From: an uncultured delta proteobacterium | Lineage (GTDB): Bacteria > Desulfobacterota > Syntrophobacteria > Syntrophobacterales > Syntrophobacteraceae | Reading direction: 5' to 3' | NCBI GenBank assembly: GCA_963808625.1 | Contig: CAWEHK010000053.1 | Span: forward strand, 1 to 60,626 | DNA: 60,626 bases | In this document: positions 1-10,363 of the stretch, in pieces | Position numbering within the stretch: position 1 is the stretch's first letter | Layout of the letters: each line of letters opens with the position of its first letter | The notes under the pieces: model-generated | Seen by the model: only the letters and a program-made list of their open reading frames with translations | Told to the model about the DNA's origin: nothing | Database searches by the model: none | Made by a program: the position numbers and the translations under genes

Positions 1-847
1 CTTGTTCCTGAAAAGTTTTTCGAGAGATCCAGTAAGAGTTGACCGGAAGCACGGCGTGCCAATCTGCATGAGATCCCCGGAACTGGTTGTCTGTATATCT
101 CCACAGCCAGACGTTATTCAATCGCTTTCCGACAAACCCGGCTTTCGGGGAAGGGGTTTACTTGGGCGATTCCTCTATTATTTTCCCAAAAGCATGGTGG
201 GCTACCGGGAGGTTCACACCTGTGAAGTACCGAACAATGCTCCCAAACCTATCGAAGCAAGCTTCTCTCAATCCTTGAGATACCACCAGCTCAGAACTTG
301 CACGGGGAAAGTGTAGCGTATCAATTAATGCTCAGCGATGAGGCAAGGGCCGCATGGCTTGAGTTTGCGGCAGCAGTCGAAGTCGATATGCGCGACGATG
401 GCTATTTCACCAATTTCAAGGATTGGGCCGGGAAGTTTCCCGGGAAAACAGCGCGAATCGCCGGGTTATTTCACATCATTGAGCACGCTGGAAACAAGAT
501 CCCGATGCAAGTCAATGTTTCCAGCATGAAACGAGCAATCGAATGCTCAAAGATCGCTTTCGGGCCATGCTGAAGTGGTGTTTCAACTAATGGGCAGCGA
601 TCCCGCCATCGAGGCGGCCAAGCATCTGCTGAACTGGATAGAGCGAGGGAAACTGGAAACATTCACCGCCAGAGACGCACACCGGGCGGTTATGGGACGC
701 TACTCCAAGATGGAGCAGGTTGCTCCTGGGCTGAATGTGCTCCATGACCGTGGGTATATCTTCCCCATCCTTGATGAGCAGGCGCGAGGGCCAGGAAGAC
801 CGGCGAGCGCCAAGTATTTGGTGAACCCAAAAACGCATGAGGCATAG
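1..847 (+). CDS. YfjI/DUF3987 family protein (primase-associated helicase-like), C-terminal part; split over 3 frames
   Basis: ORFs 2-316, 298-573 and 575-847 join into DUF3987-type motifs (RGRGLLGRFLY, WAGKFPGKTARIAGLFH, C-terminal GPGRP..KYLVNP). Runs off the left edge. Confidence 0.75.
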
Positions 848-892
848 TACCGTGTGGGCCTGGAAACCAAAAAACAATTCTTTTTTGAACTC

Positions 893-996
893 TATGGACA
901 ATATTGACAAAATTGACAAAAAGGCTGTTCCAAAGCTTTTGCAGTCTCAAATGCCTAATTCTGTCAATTCTGTCAATTCTGTCAATTCTGTCCATA
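893..996. repeat. Convergent 9-bp iteron arrays (putative replication origin of the element)
   Basis: GACAATATT/GACAAAATT/GACAAAAAG at 897-923 face four exact AATTCTGTC copies at 957-992. The outer ends TATGGACA (893-900) and TGTCCATA (989-996) are complementary. Confidence 0.7.
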
Positions 997-1403
997 AAGG
1001 TGAAAAATTAACAATTCATCCCTATCCGAACGAAAACGGCCTGATGAAATGCGTTTATTGCCACCATTTGACTACGACCTGCACCCGAGGCCATGAGCCG
1101 GAAGGGATCAGTCTTTTGAGGGATTGTCCCGATTTTCTATTCAATCGGGAACCGTATGATGCCTTCTACGCCATCCAGAAGGTGGTTTTACACTGAAAAG
1201 GAGATGGCAAAAGGTGATTGCGACGTTGATCCAAATGAATCGCGATGGAAGAATCAAAAGTATTTACATCGTCGGGTTAACAGATCAGGAGATGGCAATC
1301 GCGGAGCATGGTCTTGCAAGGATTGTTCAGGCGCCTTGTTGGATATGGTTGCGGCGCTTGTTCAGACGGACGCGATGACCGCAATGAAAGGAATTGCACG
1401 AAA

Positions 1404-1797
1404 ATGCAAGACATAAAAACTCAGTTCAGGCTTAGCGCCAAGAAGACGAAAGTGCTGATGGCAGTCTTAGAGCACCGGACCCTCGGGGACGCCGGTCCTG
1501 GGCGTGGATGAGAGCACAGTGTGGCGAACGATCCCAAGTCCGGATTTCTCCGCCGCCCTGGCCTTTGCTCTCCGAGAGATGATTGTCTTGGCAATCGCCA
1601 TACTTTAAAGAGTAACGCCGAAGGCAACGCAAGTATTTGAAGGTGCCATCGATGATCCGCAAGTTTCGCTGCCTGGCTAGATGGGACCGATTCGGCCAAG
1701 CTGATCTGGGAAGGCGCAACCAAGGGCTACGAGCTTCTTTGTTCTAAAGTCCCGCTTGGCCGCACTAGAAGCCAAGGTGGATGGCAGGACCACATGA
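1404..1797 (+). CDS. Small HTH-like protein of the integrated element (frameshifted)
   Basis: MQDIKTQFRLSAKKTKVLMAVLEHRTLGDA continues in another frame as ..VDESTVWR, an HTH-like pattern. Boundaries are uncertain. Confidence 0.3.
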
Positions 1798-1818
1798 AAG
1801 GAAGATATCAAAGTGAAA

Positions 1819-2037
1819 ATGAGTGGTCTTAAATCACTCAACGCCCGACTGCAAAAGCTTGAGCATAAGACGGGTTTATCTGGGCACGACATTGAACGGT
1901 GTCGTAAAGAGGCCGAGTTCTTCGCGGAGCTCGATGATGTCCCCTGGTCGGAAGAAGACATTGCCGCTCTGGCCGCAGAGATTGAGAGTGAACGCGGGCT
2001 GCGCACACACGAGGAACGGCTAGAGGATTTGTTGTGA
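1819..2037 (+). CDS. Small hypothetical protein (element accessory)
   Basis: ORF starts MSGLKSLNARLQKLE and is tightly coupled to the next ORF. Confidence 0.45.
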   Translation: MSGLKSLNARLQKLEHKTGLSGHDIERCRKEAEFFAELDDVPWSEEDIAALAAEIESERGLRTHEERLEDLL

Positions 2038-2038
2038 T

Positions 2039-2248
2039 ATGTCCCTGAGCAGTCGACTTGCGCATCTTGAAAAACGATTATCAATTGGTGAGCGTCCACC
2101 TTTAGTATGGATAAATGATCCCACCGAGGAAGTGCCCGAGGGTTGCATCTCTGTTCGATGGTTACAGCCATGTGAGTCTTCAGAGCAAGACGCAGTAAGC
2201 CTACTCGGGTGCCAAATGAAAGTATCAAAGTGGGCTAAACCAAGTTGA
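2039..2248 (+). CDS. Small hypothetical protein (element accessory)
   Basis: MSLSSRLAHLEKRL; starts 1 bp after the previous stop and shares the N-terminal RL..LE motif. Confidence 0.45.
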   Translation: MSLSSRLAHLEKRLSIGERPPLVWINDPTEEVPEGCISVRWLQPCESSEQDAVSLLGCQMKVSKWAKPS

Positions 2249-2271
2249 AAGAACCGTCATCGAGCCAATGG

Positions 2272-2953
2272 AAATGAATCGCAGCAAATATGGGTTGTCT
2301 CTTATCTGGTAACGTCAGGAAAAATGAGTAGCAAGGCAAGATGGACAACTCCAAATATTAATGCCCCCATAAAGAAAAATTTGACCTGGGTTCTAGTTTC
2401 TTTGACCCACATAAAGAAAAGAATGCCATAACCAAAATATGCTAGAAATCGATATGGACGAAGGATAGAAAATGCGGAGATTACTGCAATGATGGCTGGT
2501 ATTACACAAAGATGAATTTTTTGGTCAGTAGTCAATGGTTTCTTAAGCTGCTCTGCAATTTTGTTCTGCTTCTTGACGTCTTCTTCATCGGCATTTTTGA
2601 TCTTCTTGGCTATAATTTCCTCAGAATACTCTCTCCTTTTTCGCAATTCATTTACTATTTCGTCAATTGCATCTTTTGTGTAATTGTCTCTATAAACTGA
2701 AATCATTTCAGTCAGTGTTTTTGTATCCATTTCTTTAAATGCGGATTTACTGTATTCGCTCATATTTGTGCTCTTTTTAATTTATTTATGTTAAGAGGAT
2801 TTTCGGTTCGACTCCTTTTCGGAAGCACGCTTGCCGTGTGGTTTCAGGACTGGTGGACTAAAATCCCCGACTGCCCGGTTATCCGATCTTAACTTATCAC
2901 CGATCCTTCCTCTTGAAAAATGAATAACAGCAAATATGGGTCGCCTCTAATCT
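2272..2953. repeat. 36-bp imperfect direct repeats (2272-2307 and 2918-2953) overlapping the stops of two consecutive minus-strand genes
   Basis: AAATGAATCGCAGCAAATATGGGTTGTCTCTTATCT vs AAATGAATAACAGCAAATATGGGTCGCCTCTAATCT, 31/36 identical. Confidence 0.85.
2302..2763 (-). CDS. AT-rich hypothetical membrane protein
   Basis: Intact 153 aa ORF with a charged N-terminus and about 3 C-terminal hydrophobic helices. Low GC relative to the flanks. Confidence 0.7.
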   Translation of the reverse strand: MSEYSKSAFKEMDTKTLTEMISVYRDNYTKDAIDEIVNELRKRREYSEEIIAKKIKNADEEDVKKQNKIAEQLKKPLTTDQKIHLCVIPAIIAVISAFSILRPYRFLAYFGYGILFFMWVKETRTQVKFFFMGALIFGVVHLALLLIFPDVTR

Positions 2954-3564
2954 CTCAGATAATCCGAGACTGATATTGCGAAGTTTAAGTTTTGACCTCC
3001 CTCAAAAAATAGCGTTGTGATCCCAATAAGGTTACCCGCTTGGTCAAATAGGCCTCCCCCCGAGGATCCCGGTGAAATGGGCGCAGTTGTTTGGATAAGC
3101 CGCATTGACTCAATGGTTCGTAGGCCGGAGATTATTCCATCACCTAATGTCCTTTCCAGACCCCCCGGAGAACCAATTGTATAAACCCTTTCACCCACCC
3201 GCAGATCACCAAAATCCCTGCCACGCTCTGCAAAACCTGTCAGAGCGTTCTCGGCAATTTTAAGAACGCATCGATCAGTCTTTTCGTCTGCGGACACGAC
3301 TATCGCTGTCATTCTGGAACGACCTTGTACCAGATGGATAGTCTGACTATTCTTAATAACGTGGCAATTCGTTAACAGAGTGTTCAGATCAATTGCCACG
3401 GCAGACCCTTGAGAGGCAATATCCGCGCCCTTTCTTGAACCGATTTTCTCGGAAATAACAGTCCAGATAGACCCGTTCATTCTATTGAAGAGTTCTTCAG
3501 GGTCTAATTGGGTTTTCTTCGGGTCTCCTATAAGAAAAATGTCGGAAAAAAGATTGATCTGCAT
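2947..3564 (-). CDS. Trypsin-like (S1C) serine protease domain; 3' half of an IS-interrupted Sel1-protease gene
   Basis: LLTNCHV (His), DRCVL (Asp) and ISPGSSGGGLF (Ser) motifs. Confidence 0.9.
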   Translation of the reverse strand: MQINLFSDIFLIGDPKKTQLDPEELFNRMNGSIWTVISEKIGSRKGADIASQGSAVAIDLNTLLTNCHVIKNSQTIHLVQGRSRMTAIVVSADEKTDRCVLKIAENALTGFAERGRDFGDLRVGERVYTIGSPGGLERTLGDGIISGLRTIESMRLIQTTAPISPGSSGGGLFDQAGNLIGITTLFFEGGQNLNFAISVSDYLRD

Positions 3565-4809
3565 CTCACTACTGGAGTCTTTTTAACCGCTTGTCAATGG
3601 ATGATGTGAAGGGTAACTTCAATCGTTAGATCCTCTTCCAGCAGGAGATCGAGAAGTCGCAATCCGAGCTGGAATAGACTCAAGTCGCAGCGATGGGTTC
3701 GGTGGATCACGCTTTGCCATCCCTCGTGAATGGCTGTTACTCCCAGGGCGATGATCCAGTAGTAAGCGAGGAACGCAGCCATAAGCAAACGATTCAGGCG
3801 TCTTGGATCTGAAAGGTGACTCTTTTGCAGATTGAATCCCCGTCCCTTTTCATCAGAAAAGAAGGTCTCAATCTTGAAGCGCTTCCCATAGAAACGGCAG
3901 GCTTCGTCAGGACATTGCATGTTTGTCACCAAGTGGATGGGTTCTTTGCAGTCCTTTCTCCACCAAGTCATCCCCATTACGGGGCCATAGCCTCGACCGG
4001 TGAAGAGAGCCTCCGGTACGACAAACACTTCGCCTGGCTTGAGATGCGCAAGGGTTTCCTTGTACGGAAACCAGTGGTCTTCCCAGCACAGAGTGATGGT
4101 TTCAGAGGTGCGCAAAACGTAGTCCCAATGCCAATGTCCAACGATACTCTGCAGATCCACGCCATCGAATTCTCCATCTCCAAGGAGCACGACTTGCGGC
4201 CCTTCGGGAATCATTTCCCTGACACTTTGAATCAGTTGGACGTGTTGCTCTTCGCTGAAATGCCCTTTTTTCTTTTTCTCACAAGCCAAGCAATGGGCAG
4301 CGCCCTTTGTTTGTAGACGACTGCAATGATGAGTGCCATGCAGCCCCGGCCAACAACGGTCCCATCAATCAACAAGACCAACGTGCCTTGGGCCAATGCA
4401 CTTAAGATCTGCTGAACAAAAGGGAGGAAGTAGATTTCGTGACTCACCTCTTTATTTTTCAACCAGCGGGAGAAGCGTTTCACCCTGCTCTCAGGTTTGC
4501 TGAAGCAGTTGGAGTAACCTCCCGCACCGGCCGGCAACTTCCCTGCAATCTGGGGCAGCTGAACACTCTTCGACCTGATGATTCCGCAAATCAATCCAGC
4601 CAGGCTGTTCAAATGCCGTGCATGACGGCCCTTGGGTTGAATGGGACAGAGCTTCCTCAAACACGAAATGATTGCCCTGAACGTTTTTTGCCGTCAGCCA
4701 TGGTCTTCTCCTTCTTGTGGACTCCAGAGTGGTTTTAGCATGTGTATCTCACAAAAAAGGAGAAATGTCCCGTCTTTTCGCACTACCCGAAAAAGTGTCC
4801 GGTGGTGAG
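3565..4809 (-). mobile_element. IS4-family insertion sequence, 1245 bp
   Basis: Terminal inverted repeats CTCACTACTGGAGTCTTTTT (3565-3584) and AAAAAGTGTCCGGTGGTGAG (4790-4809) match at 16/20. Flanking 8-bp target duplication ATCTGCAT (3557-3564) / ATCTACAT (4810-4817). Confidence 0.9.
3594..4701 (-). CDS. IS4-family DDE transposase (frameshifted)
   Basis: LLIDGT, LLGDGEFDG and YREK-type motif YGKRFKIETFFSDEK. ATG at 4701 with a GAAGGAG RBS. Built from ORFs 4232-4660 and 3594-4289. Confidence 0.88.
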
Positions 4810-4811
4810 AT

Positions 4812-5888
4812 CTACATAAGGCTTTTCCAACCAGGCAATTTGAATGTTTGGTCCTCTTGGGGTCTTGCTTCTCTTGTGCGTAACTCGCTGGGAGGTGGCT
4901 GAGGTTGTTTATCTGCTCTCTCTTTTCCCCGTGGCTCAATGGTTTTCATTGGGGCTATTGCTGTTACTGGGGTCACTGGCGGTTGTTGTTTGGGTAGTTG
5001 GGGCAGGTCCGGTACTTGTAGTAGAGCGACTTCTCCCCCTGGGCGCCAGTTGCTGGATGCCTCCTGAACGCGTGCTTTGATGTCCTCTGGCAGCAACTTC
5101 TCCAATTCGGCTCGGAGCAAGCCACAATTTACTTGACACTTCCACTCCAAGTCCCAGCCGGGGAGCGAAGCCTCTACGACCCAAAACCCTTTAGATTTGG
5201 AGAAGGACGGGCTTTGGGCTGTTGCCACATTGGCCCAGAAGAGGGCTTGAGCTAGGTTTCTTTCCACCCCGAATCCTTCTTTATAAATCTTGGCAAGTTG
5301 GCATTGAGCGGCAGCGCATTCATGTTTTGAAGCCTTAAGAAACCATTCGACCGCCATTTGCGGGGACTTCTTCTGGGTCATTTCACCGAAAGTGTATTCG
5401 GCTGCAGAGAGTCCGCTCTTAGCCGCCATTTCCAGATAATGAGCGGCTCGGGCCTCATTCTTCGGGACAATCATACCAGTAATGTAGACCAGATACAGCT
5501 GGTACTGAGCCTTCGCGTGTCCTGCATCTGCAGCCAATTTATAATATTCTTCGGCAGCACGAGGGTCACCGTCAAATACAGTGCCTCCATATTCATACCG
5601 CCAACCGACAACATACGCCGCTGATGGGTTACCTCAACGGGCAAGGGTCTTGCAGGCTTCCAAGTCAATTGAAAAAACCGAGACCTCCTCGGAACAATTC
5701 GCAGGAGGCAGCCGACTATAGATGGTCGGTGGAGGCCGACTCGGTATGCATGCCCCTTGTACGAGAGCCCACAAGATAACCGCTAATGAGCCAACCAAAC
5801 AGAAAGCCCTTCTTCTCAACCTGGCGCCCCTGGCAAAATGAATCCATCCCAATTGGTTGTCCTTCATTTTCTCGATCCCTTGTGTCAT
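4812..5888 (-). CDS. Sel1-repeat protein with lipoprotein-like signal; 5' half of the IS-interrupted gene (frameshifted near 5640)
   Basis: Sel1 repeats (AAQCQLAKIYKEGFGVERNLAQALFW; GHAKAQYQL), a hydrophobic leader ending LVQGAC, and a Pro-rich linker. Confidence 0.8.
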
Positions 5889-6359
5889 GACCCTGGAATT
5901 TCTGGGAGACTCGGGTCATGATGCGAATGGTCGATTGAACTTGTCACAAGTGTGAACTGAATGCCGATAGAGACAAGAAATTAAGGGCATGATATTTTGA
6001 GCCAATTGTCTTGTCAATCAGAAGTCGCACCAGTAGATGTCACCAGCCAATCAAAAGAAGAACGCGCAGTTTTCCCTTGCAACCCAAAAGCAGCGTGCTA
6101 CCCTTTGTGCTCTTTGAATTCTTTATCGCCCAGTTGCTGGTGTCATCTGGGTTCCTGTTCTTTTCAATTTCAGGGTTCTGTGCGTGAAACTATCCCCGGA
6201 ATTTCTTCAGGCACTCAGTTGATGCCGGTGATGTTAGGCGGGCATGAGGGCAAGAAAAATGGGCCGTCCCTTCTCCGTTCGGTGCCAGCGGTATGACAGC
6301 TCCCGGCACGTTGTTAGGGAGAACCTATGCCTGACGACAACCAGCCAAGGTGTTCGACC

Positions 6360-7520
6360 ATGGGAACAGTTTTCTGTCATCTGCATCCATCCGAGCAGGC
6401 AGAGACGACCCTCGAAGTGTTTAAAACCTGTATGCTCCATTTGTGCCGTATACACCCGCTTGGGCCACTTTTGCCCAAAGTGCGTGCGAATTGTTCAGCG
6501 GAACCGGAACATGCTCAAAACTGGCGTCACTTTGCTCGCCTGCGGACTATTTGGGCTCGGTGTCTTATACTGGTTGGTGCTCCCTGGTACTCGCCCCGAA
6601 AAGGGTGCAGATGGCAGGGTCGATCCTGCGCCGCTGTTGGAGACTTGATCGAGGCAAGATGATTAATCAGGCCGAAGCCAAACTAAGAGGCGGCAAACCC
6701 CAACAAGCCATTGATCTGTCTGATGCCTTCTTCAACAAGTGCGGCGAACACTTGCAACTCCGCTGGCTGACCTACACGGCATACAAGCAGTTAAGCCAGT
6801 GGGACAAGGCTATTAGCGAGGTGGATCGGCTGATCACCAATGACCCATACGATAAGGACTATCGTTGGTGGCGAGGGTTTGTCTTTGAGCAGAAGGGAGA
6901 CCTCGATCAGGCGGTTCAAGACTACCGCCAGGCTCTGACACTGGAACCCCGCCTTGTCAGCGTCCCATTCAACCTAGCCACCCTTCTAGAGCGTATTGGA
7001 AGACCATGTGAGGCGCTCTTCCCTCTGGAACAGTATCTGTTCTACCACCCAGAGCATCGCGAAGACCCCAAGGTGCAGCAGAGGCTCTCCACTCTTTACC
7101 AGAATGGTTCCTGCAAGGGTTACATAAGCGGCCACGACGAAGTCGTGGTCCGCTTTCCCCTTGGGGCCAAAAGAGATTCCATGCAGGGTCCGCGTAAACG
7201 ACTTAGCGACCGGTAACTTCATTGTTGACACGGGGGCCAGTTTCACCACCTTCTCGAGGAAATTCGCTGAACGACTGGGGGTTGACCAACTCCCTTCTGC
7301 AGAAATCATCGTCCAGACGGCTGCAGGGATCAGTTCTGCTCGGCTCACGACCGTAAATCTTATCGACGTAGAAGGCTTGAGGGCATCGCGGGTCAACGTT
7401 GCCATTCTCGATAGCCTTTCGGGAGACTTGGACGGCCTGCTTGGGCTTAGCTTTCTATCCAGATTTGAAGTCCGTTTGGACAGCGCAAAAGGGACACTGA
7501 AGCTTGTTCGACACAATTAG
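6360..7520 (+). CDS. Zn-finger-like N-terminus + TM + TPR + retropepsin-like (clan AA) aspartyl protease (frameshifted)
   Basis: CHLHP/CSIC/CPKC cluster, TM LLACGLFGLGVLYWLVL, TPR (RGFVFEQKGDLDQAVQDYRQAL), FIVDTGAS and DGLLGLSFL motifs. Confidence 0.8.
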
Positions 7521-7631
7521 AGAGTAAGACAGAACGATCCGAATCCTTGTCAGGGAACCAAAGAAGATGGGAATGATACGATAACCTCGGCAGATGAGAG
7601 AGGCTCGGATTGTGGGCATATTTGCCCCATA

Positions 7632-7699
7632 GGTTGGAAATACGGTTGGAAACCAATTGGACAATAATGAAAAAGGGCTTAGAGTTTTCGTCTAAGCCC
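7632..7699. other. Putative attachment-site elements next to the tRNA 3' end: GGTTGGAAA direct repeats and a hairpin
   Basis: GGTTGGAAA at 7632-7640 and 7644-7652. Hairpin GGGCTTAGA-N7-TCTAAGCCC at 7675-7699, followed by T's on the minus strand, so it may also terminate tRNA transcription. Confidence 0.5.
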
Positions 7700-7710
7700 C
7701 TGATTTTCTT

Positions 7711-7786
7711 TGGCTCCCCGGGACGGACTCGAACCATCAACCTAGTGGTTAACAGCCACCCGCTCTGCCGATTGAGCTACCGGGGA
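7711..7786 (-). tRNA. tRNA-Asn (GTT)
   Basis: Minus strand TCCCCGGTAGCTCAATCGGCAGAGCGGGTGGCTGTTAACCACTAGGTTGATGGTTCGAGTCCGTCCCGGGGAGCCA folds as a cloverleaf with encoded CCA. Confidence 0.97.
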
Positions 7787-7809
7787 ACAAAACTTAAAAC
7801 GAGGAGCAC

Positions 7810-7838
7810 TCTTTAACAGAGCACTCCCCGTTTGTCAA
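7810..7838 (-). promoter_or_regulatory. sigma70-type promoter of tRNA-Asn
   Basis: TTGACA-N17-TAAAGA with an upstream TG, about 24 bp before the tRNA 5' end. Confidence 0.6.
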
Positions 7839-7881
7839 CAAGTTAGGTTTGAGCTACGAACTCACGTAGCGCGAACCGGTT

Positions 7882-8883
7882 TTACGCACCATCCAGCCTG
7901 ATGCTCATTTCCTGCTCAGGCTTCTCTTTTGCCTTGGCTTCCATGACACACTTTGCCAGAAGCTTCTCGTAATCGGCGTCGGTTCTCGCCTGAATCTTGG
8001 CGACTTCAGGTTCGGTCAGGTGGCGGAAGCGCCGCTGCGGCTTGAAGTACTCGCTCACCGGCTTGGGCTTGGCCACTTTGCGGGACAGAAAATACTGCCC
8101 ATCGATCACTTCATAGAGCGGGAAAACTTTGGACTGGACAGCCAGTCTGGCCATTTCCACGCTTTCCTCGATGCCGCAACGCCACCCGGTCGGGCATGGC
8201 GAATAAATGTGGAGATAGGCAGGGCCGGGAACCAGCGAAGCCTTCTTCACTTTATTCATCAGGTCTATGGGGAAGGCCGGCGAGCAGGTGGCCACATAGG
8301 GCGTGCCGTGAGCCACGGCGATCTCCGGCATGTTCTTCTTCCAGGTCGACTGGCCGATGCTTTTCTTGCCGGCAGGCGAAGTCGTCGTCGCCGCTCCGTA
8401 AGGAGTTGCCGAAGACCGCTGAATACCGGTGTTCATGTACGCTTCGTTGTCGAAGCACATATAAATGAAGTTATGGCCGCGCTCCAGGGCGCCGCTCAAG
8501 GCCTGCATACCGATGTCCGCCGTGGCGCCGTCACCGCCGTAACCGACAAAAACGGTGTCCGGCTGATTGATCAGGCCCTTGCGGTTCATGGCTTTGTAGG
8601 CTGATTCCACACCGCTGGCCACGGCTGCCGCATTTTCGAATGCCACATGGATCCACGGCACTCTCCACGCCGTCTGCGGGAAGGGTGAGGTGATGATTTC
8701 CATGCACCCTGTGGCGCTGCACATGACAACGTTATTGCCCAGTGCCTTCATGGCTTGCCGCAGGGCCAACACTTCCCCACAGCCCTGGCATGCTCTGTGA
8801 CCGGGCGAGACCGGCTCCACCTCAGGCAGATTTTTGAGGTTGAACCCCTTGAAATTCTTCAGAGCTTCAGATGCGATTCCCAT
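7882..8883 (-). CDS. porB: Pyruvate/2-ketoisovalerate:ferredoxin oxidoreductase beta subunit (TPP-binding)
   Basis: GHRACQGCG, GGDGATADIG, DNEAYMNTGIQRS and SPCPTGW motifs. Confidence 0.95.
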   Translation of the reverse strand: MGIASEALKNFKGFNLKNLPEVEPVSPGHRACQGCGEVLALRQAMKALGNNVVMCSATGCMEIITSPFPQTAWRVPWIHVAFENAAAVASGVESAYKAMNRKGLINQPDTVFVGYGGDGATADIGMQALSGALERGHNFIYMCFDNEAYMNTGIQRSSATPYGAATTTSPAGKKSIGQSTWKKNMPEIAVAHGTPYVATCSPAFPIDLMNKVKKASLVPGPAYLHIYSPCPTGWRCGIEESVEMARLAVQSKVFPLYEVIDGQYFLSRKVAKPKPVSEYFKPQRRFRHLTEPEVAKIQARTDADYEKLLAKCVMEAKAKEKPEQEMSIRLDGA

Positions 8884-10065
8884 TTATTCCCTCACATTAA
8901 TGAATTCATAGGCTACGGGCACGCCATCGTCCGGGGACGCGGCAACCTGATCGACCATTTCCATAAAGTTTTGATCCGTCACGTCTCTTCCGCCAAGGCC
9001 GACAAGGAAGTTCCTCAACTTCGGATAGCACTTGCGGTCGTAAAGGATGGACTTGACTTCAATGGCGACCGGCCCGGAGACATAGCCACCCGTAAACGAG
9101 CTGACCCGATCCAGGACGATCACGTTCTTAGCGCCCTTGATGGCCGCAAAGAGAGCTTCCGCAGGGAACGGCCGGAACAGACGAAGGCGAACCAGACCAA
9201 CCTTCTTGCCTGCTTCTCTCATCATGTCAACGGCGGTCATCGCGGTCTGCGAGATACTACCCATGGAAATGATAATGGTTTCGGCGTCGTCGCTCTTGTA
9301 GGTTTCCACCGGCTTGTAGTAACGACCAAACTGTTTGCCGAACTCGTCCCAGGCCTTCTCGATGTAGGGCAGCGAATTCTTGAAGGCCTCATCCTGCATC
9401 TTCCTGGCTTCGGTGTAGACATCGGGCATGCCAACGGGACCCAGGGTCATGGGATTGCTCGGGTCGAGGCGGAATTGAGGCTTGAAGGGCGGTAGATACT
9501 TCTGCACCTCGGCCTTATCCGGAAGGGTCAAGGGCTCGATCATATGGCTCAGGGTAAACCCGTCCAGGTTGACCTGCACCGGGAACATGACGTTGGGGTC
9601 TTCACCCATGCGGAAAGCCTGAATGGTAAGGTCCACCACTTCCTGGCCGTTTTCAGCGATGAGCTGAATCCAGCCGGTGTCGCGTGCATACATGAGATCG
9701 GCATGGTCGTTCCAGATGTTGATGGGCGCGCTCAAAGCGCGGTTGGCAACGGCCATAACGATGGGAAGGCGAAGGGCGGAAGCGATATAACAGAGCTCCG
9801 ACATGAGAGCGTATCCCTGGGCGCACGTCGAGGTGAAGGTGCGTGCTCCGGCGGCGGATGATCCGATGCAGGCGCTCATGGCGCTGTGCTCGGATTCCAC
9901 CGGGACAAACTCGGCATCCAGATGACCGTCGGCCACCATTTCGGAGAGATGTTCGACGATGTGGGTCTGAGGAGTAATCGGGTACGCCGCAACTACGTCG
10001 ACATCACAGAGTCCTGCCGCTTCGGCGCATGCTATGGAGACTTCGATACCAATCTGTTTGGACAT
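8884..10065 (-). CDS. porA: Pyruvate:ferredoxin oxidoreductase alpha subunit
   Basis: AAYPITPQT, VESEHSAMS and NRALSAPINIWNDH motifs. Confidence 0.95.
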   Translation of the reverse strand: MSKQIGIEVSIACAEAAGLCDVDVVAAYPITPQTHIVEHLSEMVADGHLDAEFVPVESEHSAMSACIGSSAAGARTFTSTCAQGYALMSELCYIASALRLPIVMAVANRALSAPINIWNDHADLMYARDTGWIQLIAENGQEVVDLTIQAFRMGEDPNVMFPVQVNLDGFTLSHMIEPLTLPDKAEVQKYLPPFKPQFRLDPSNPMTLGPVGMPDVYTEARKMQDEAFKNSLPYIEKAWDEFGKQFGRYYKPVETYKSDDAETIIISMGSISQTAMTAVDMMREAGKKVGLVRLRLFRPFPAEALFAAIKGAKNVIVLDRVSSFTGGYVSGPVAIEVKSILYDRKCYPKLRNFLVGLGGRDVTDQNFMEMVDQVAASPDDGVPVAYEFINVRE

Positions 10066-10066
10066 G

Positions 10067-10360
10067 TTAGTCGACCTCCTGTATCATCGTAATAGCGTCT
10101 ACAGGACATTCGTGGGCACAGATGCCGCAGCCCTTGCACCAATAGTAATTCTGAATGTAATACCCCTCAGCGTCTTTGCTGTAGACCATATCCGGGCAGT
10201 AAATGTAGCACTGCGCGCATTTTGTGCACTTTTCCTTGTTTGTTTCAGGCCTCATGGATCGCCAATCGCCGGTTTTGAGCTCAGCCGCATTTCCGGGCGT
10301 CGTGATGGCAATCCCAAAGTTCAATTCTTTCCAGCTCTTGATTCCGGTTTCCTTAGCCAC
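10067..10360 (-). CDS. porD: Pyruvate:ferredoxin oxidoreductase delta subunit (2x4Fe-4S)
   Basis: KTGDWRSMRP, CTKCAQCYIYCPD and CKGCGICAHECP motifs. Confidence 0.95.
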   Translation of the reverse strand: MAKETGIKSWKELNFGIAITTPGNAAELKTGDWRSMRPETNKEKCTKCAQCYIYCPDMVYSKDAEGYYIQNYYWCKGCGICAHECPVDAITMIQEVD

Positions 10361-10363
10361 TGT

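Noticed and set aside
957..992. Short repeat arrays (also 24096-24215 and 45828-45906) as CRISPR
   Set aside because: They are tandem 7-9 bp units with no spacers, and there are no cas genes.
4263..4280. A-AAA-AAG -1 slippery heptamer at the IS4 transposase frame break
   Set aside because: A single lost A in a homopolymer explains it equally well. IS4 transposases are normally one ORF, and the gene has another indel near its start.
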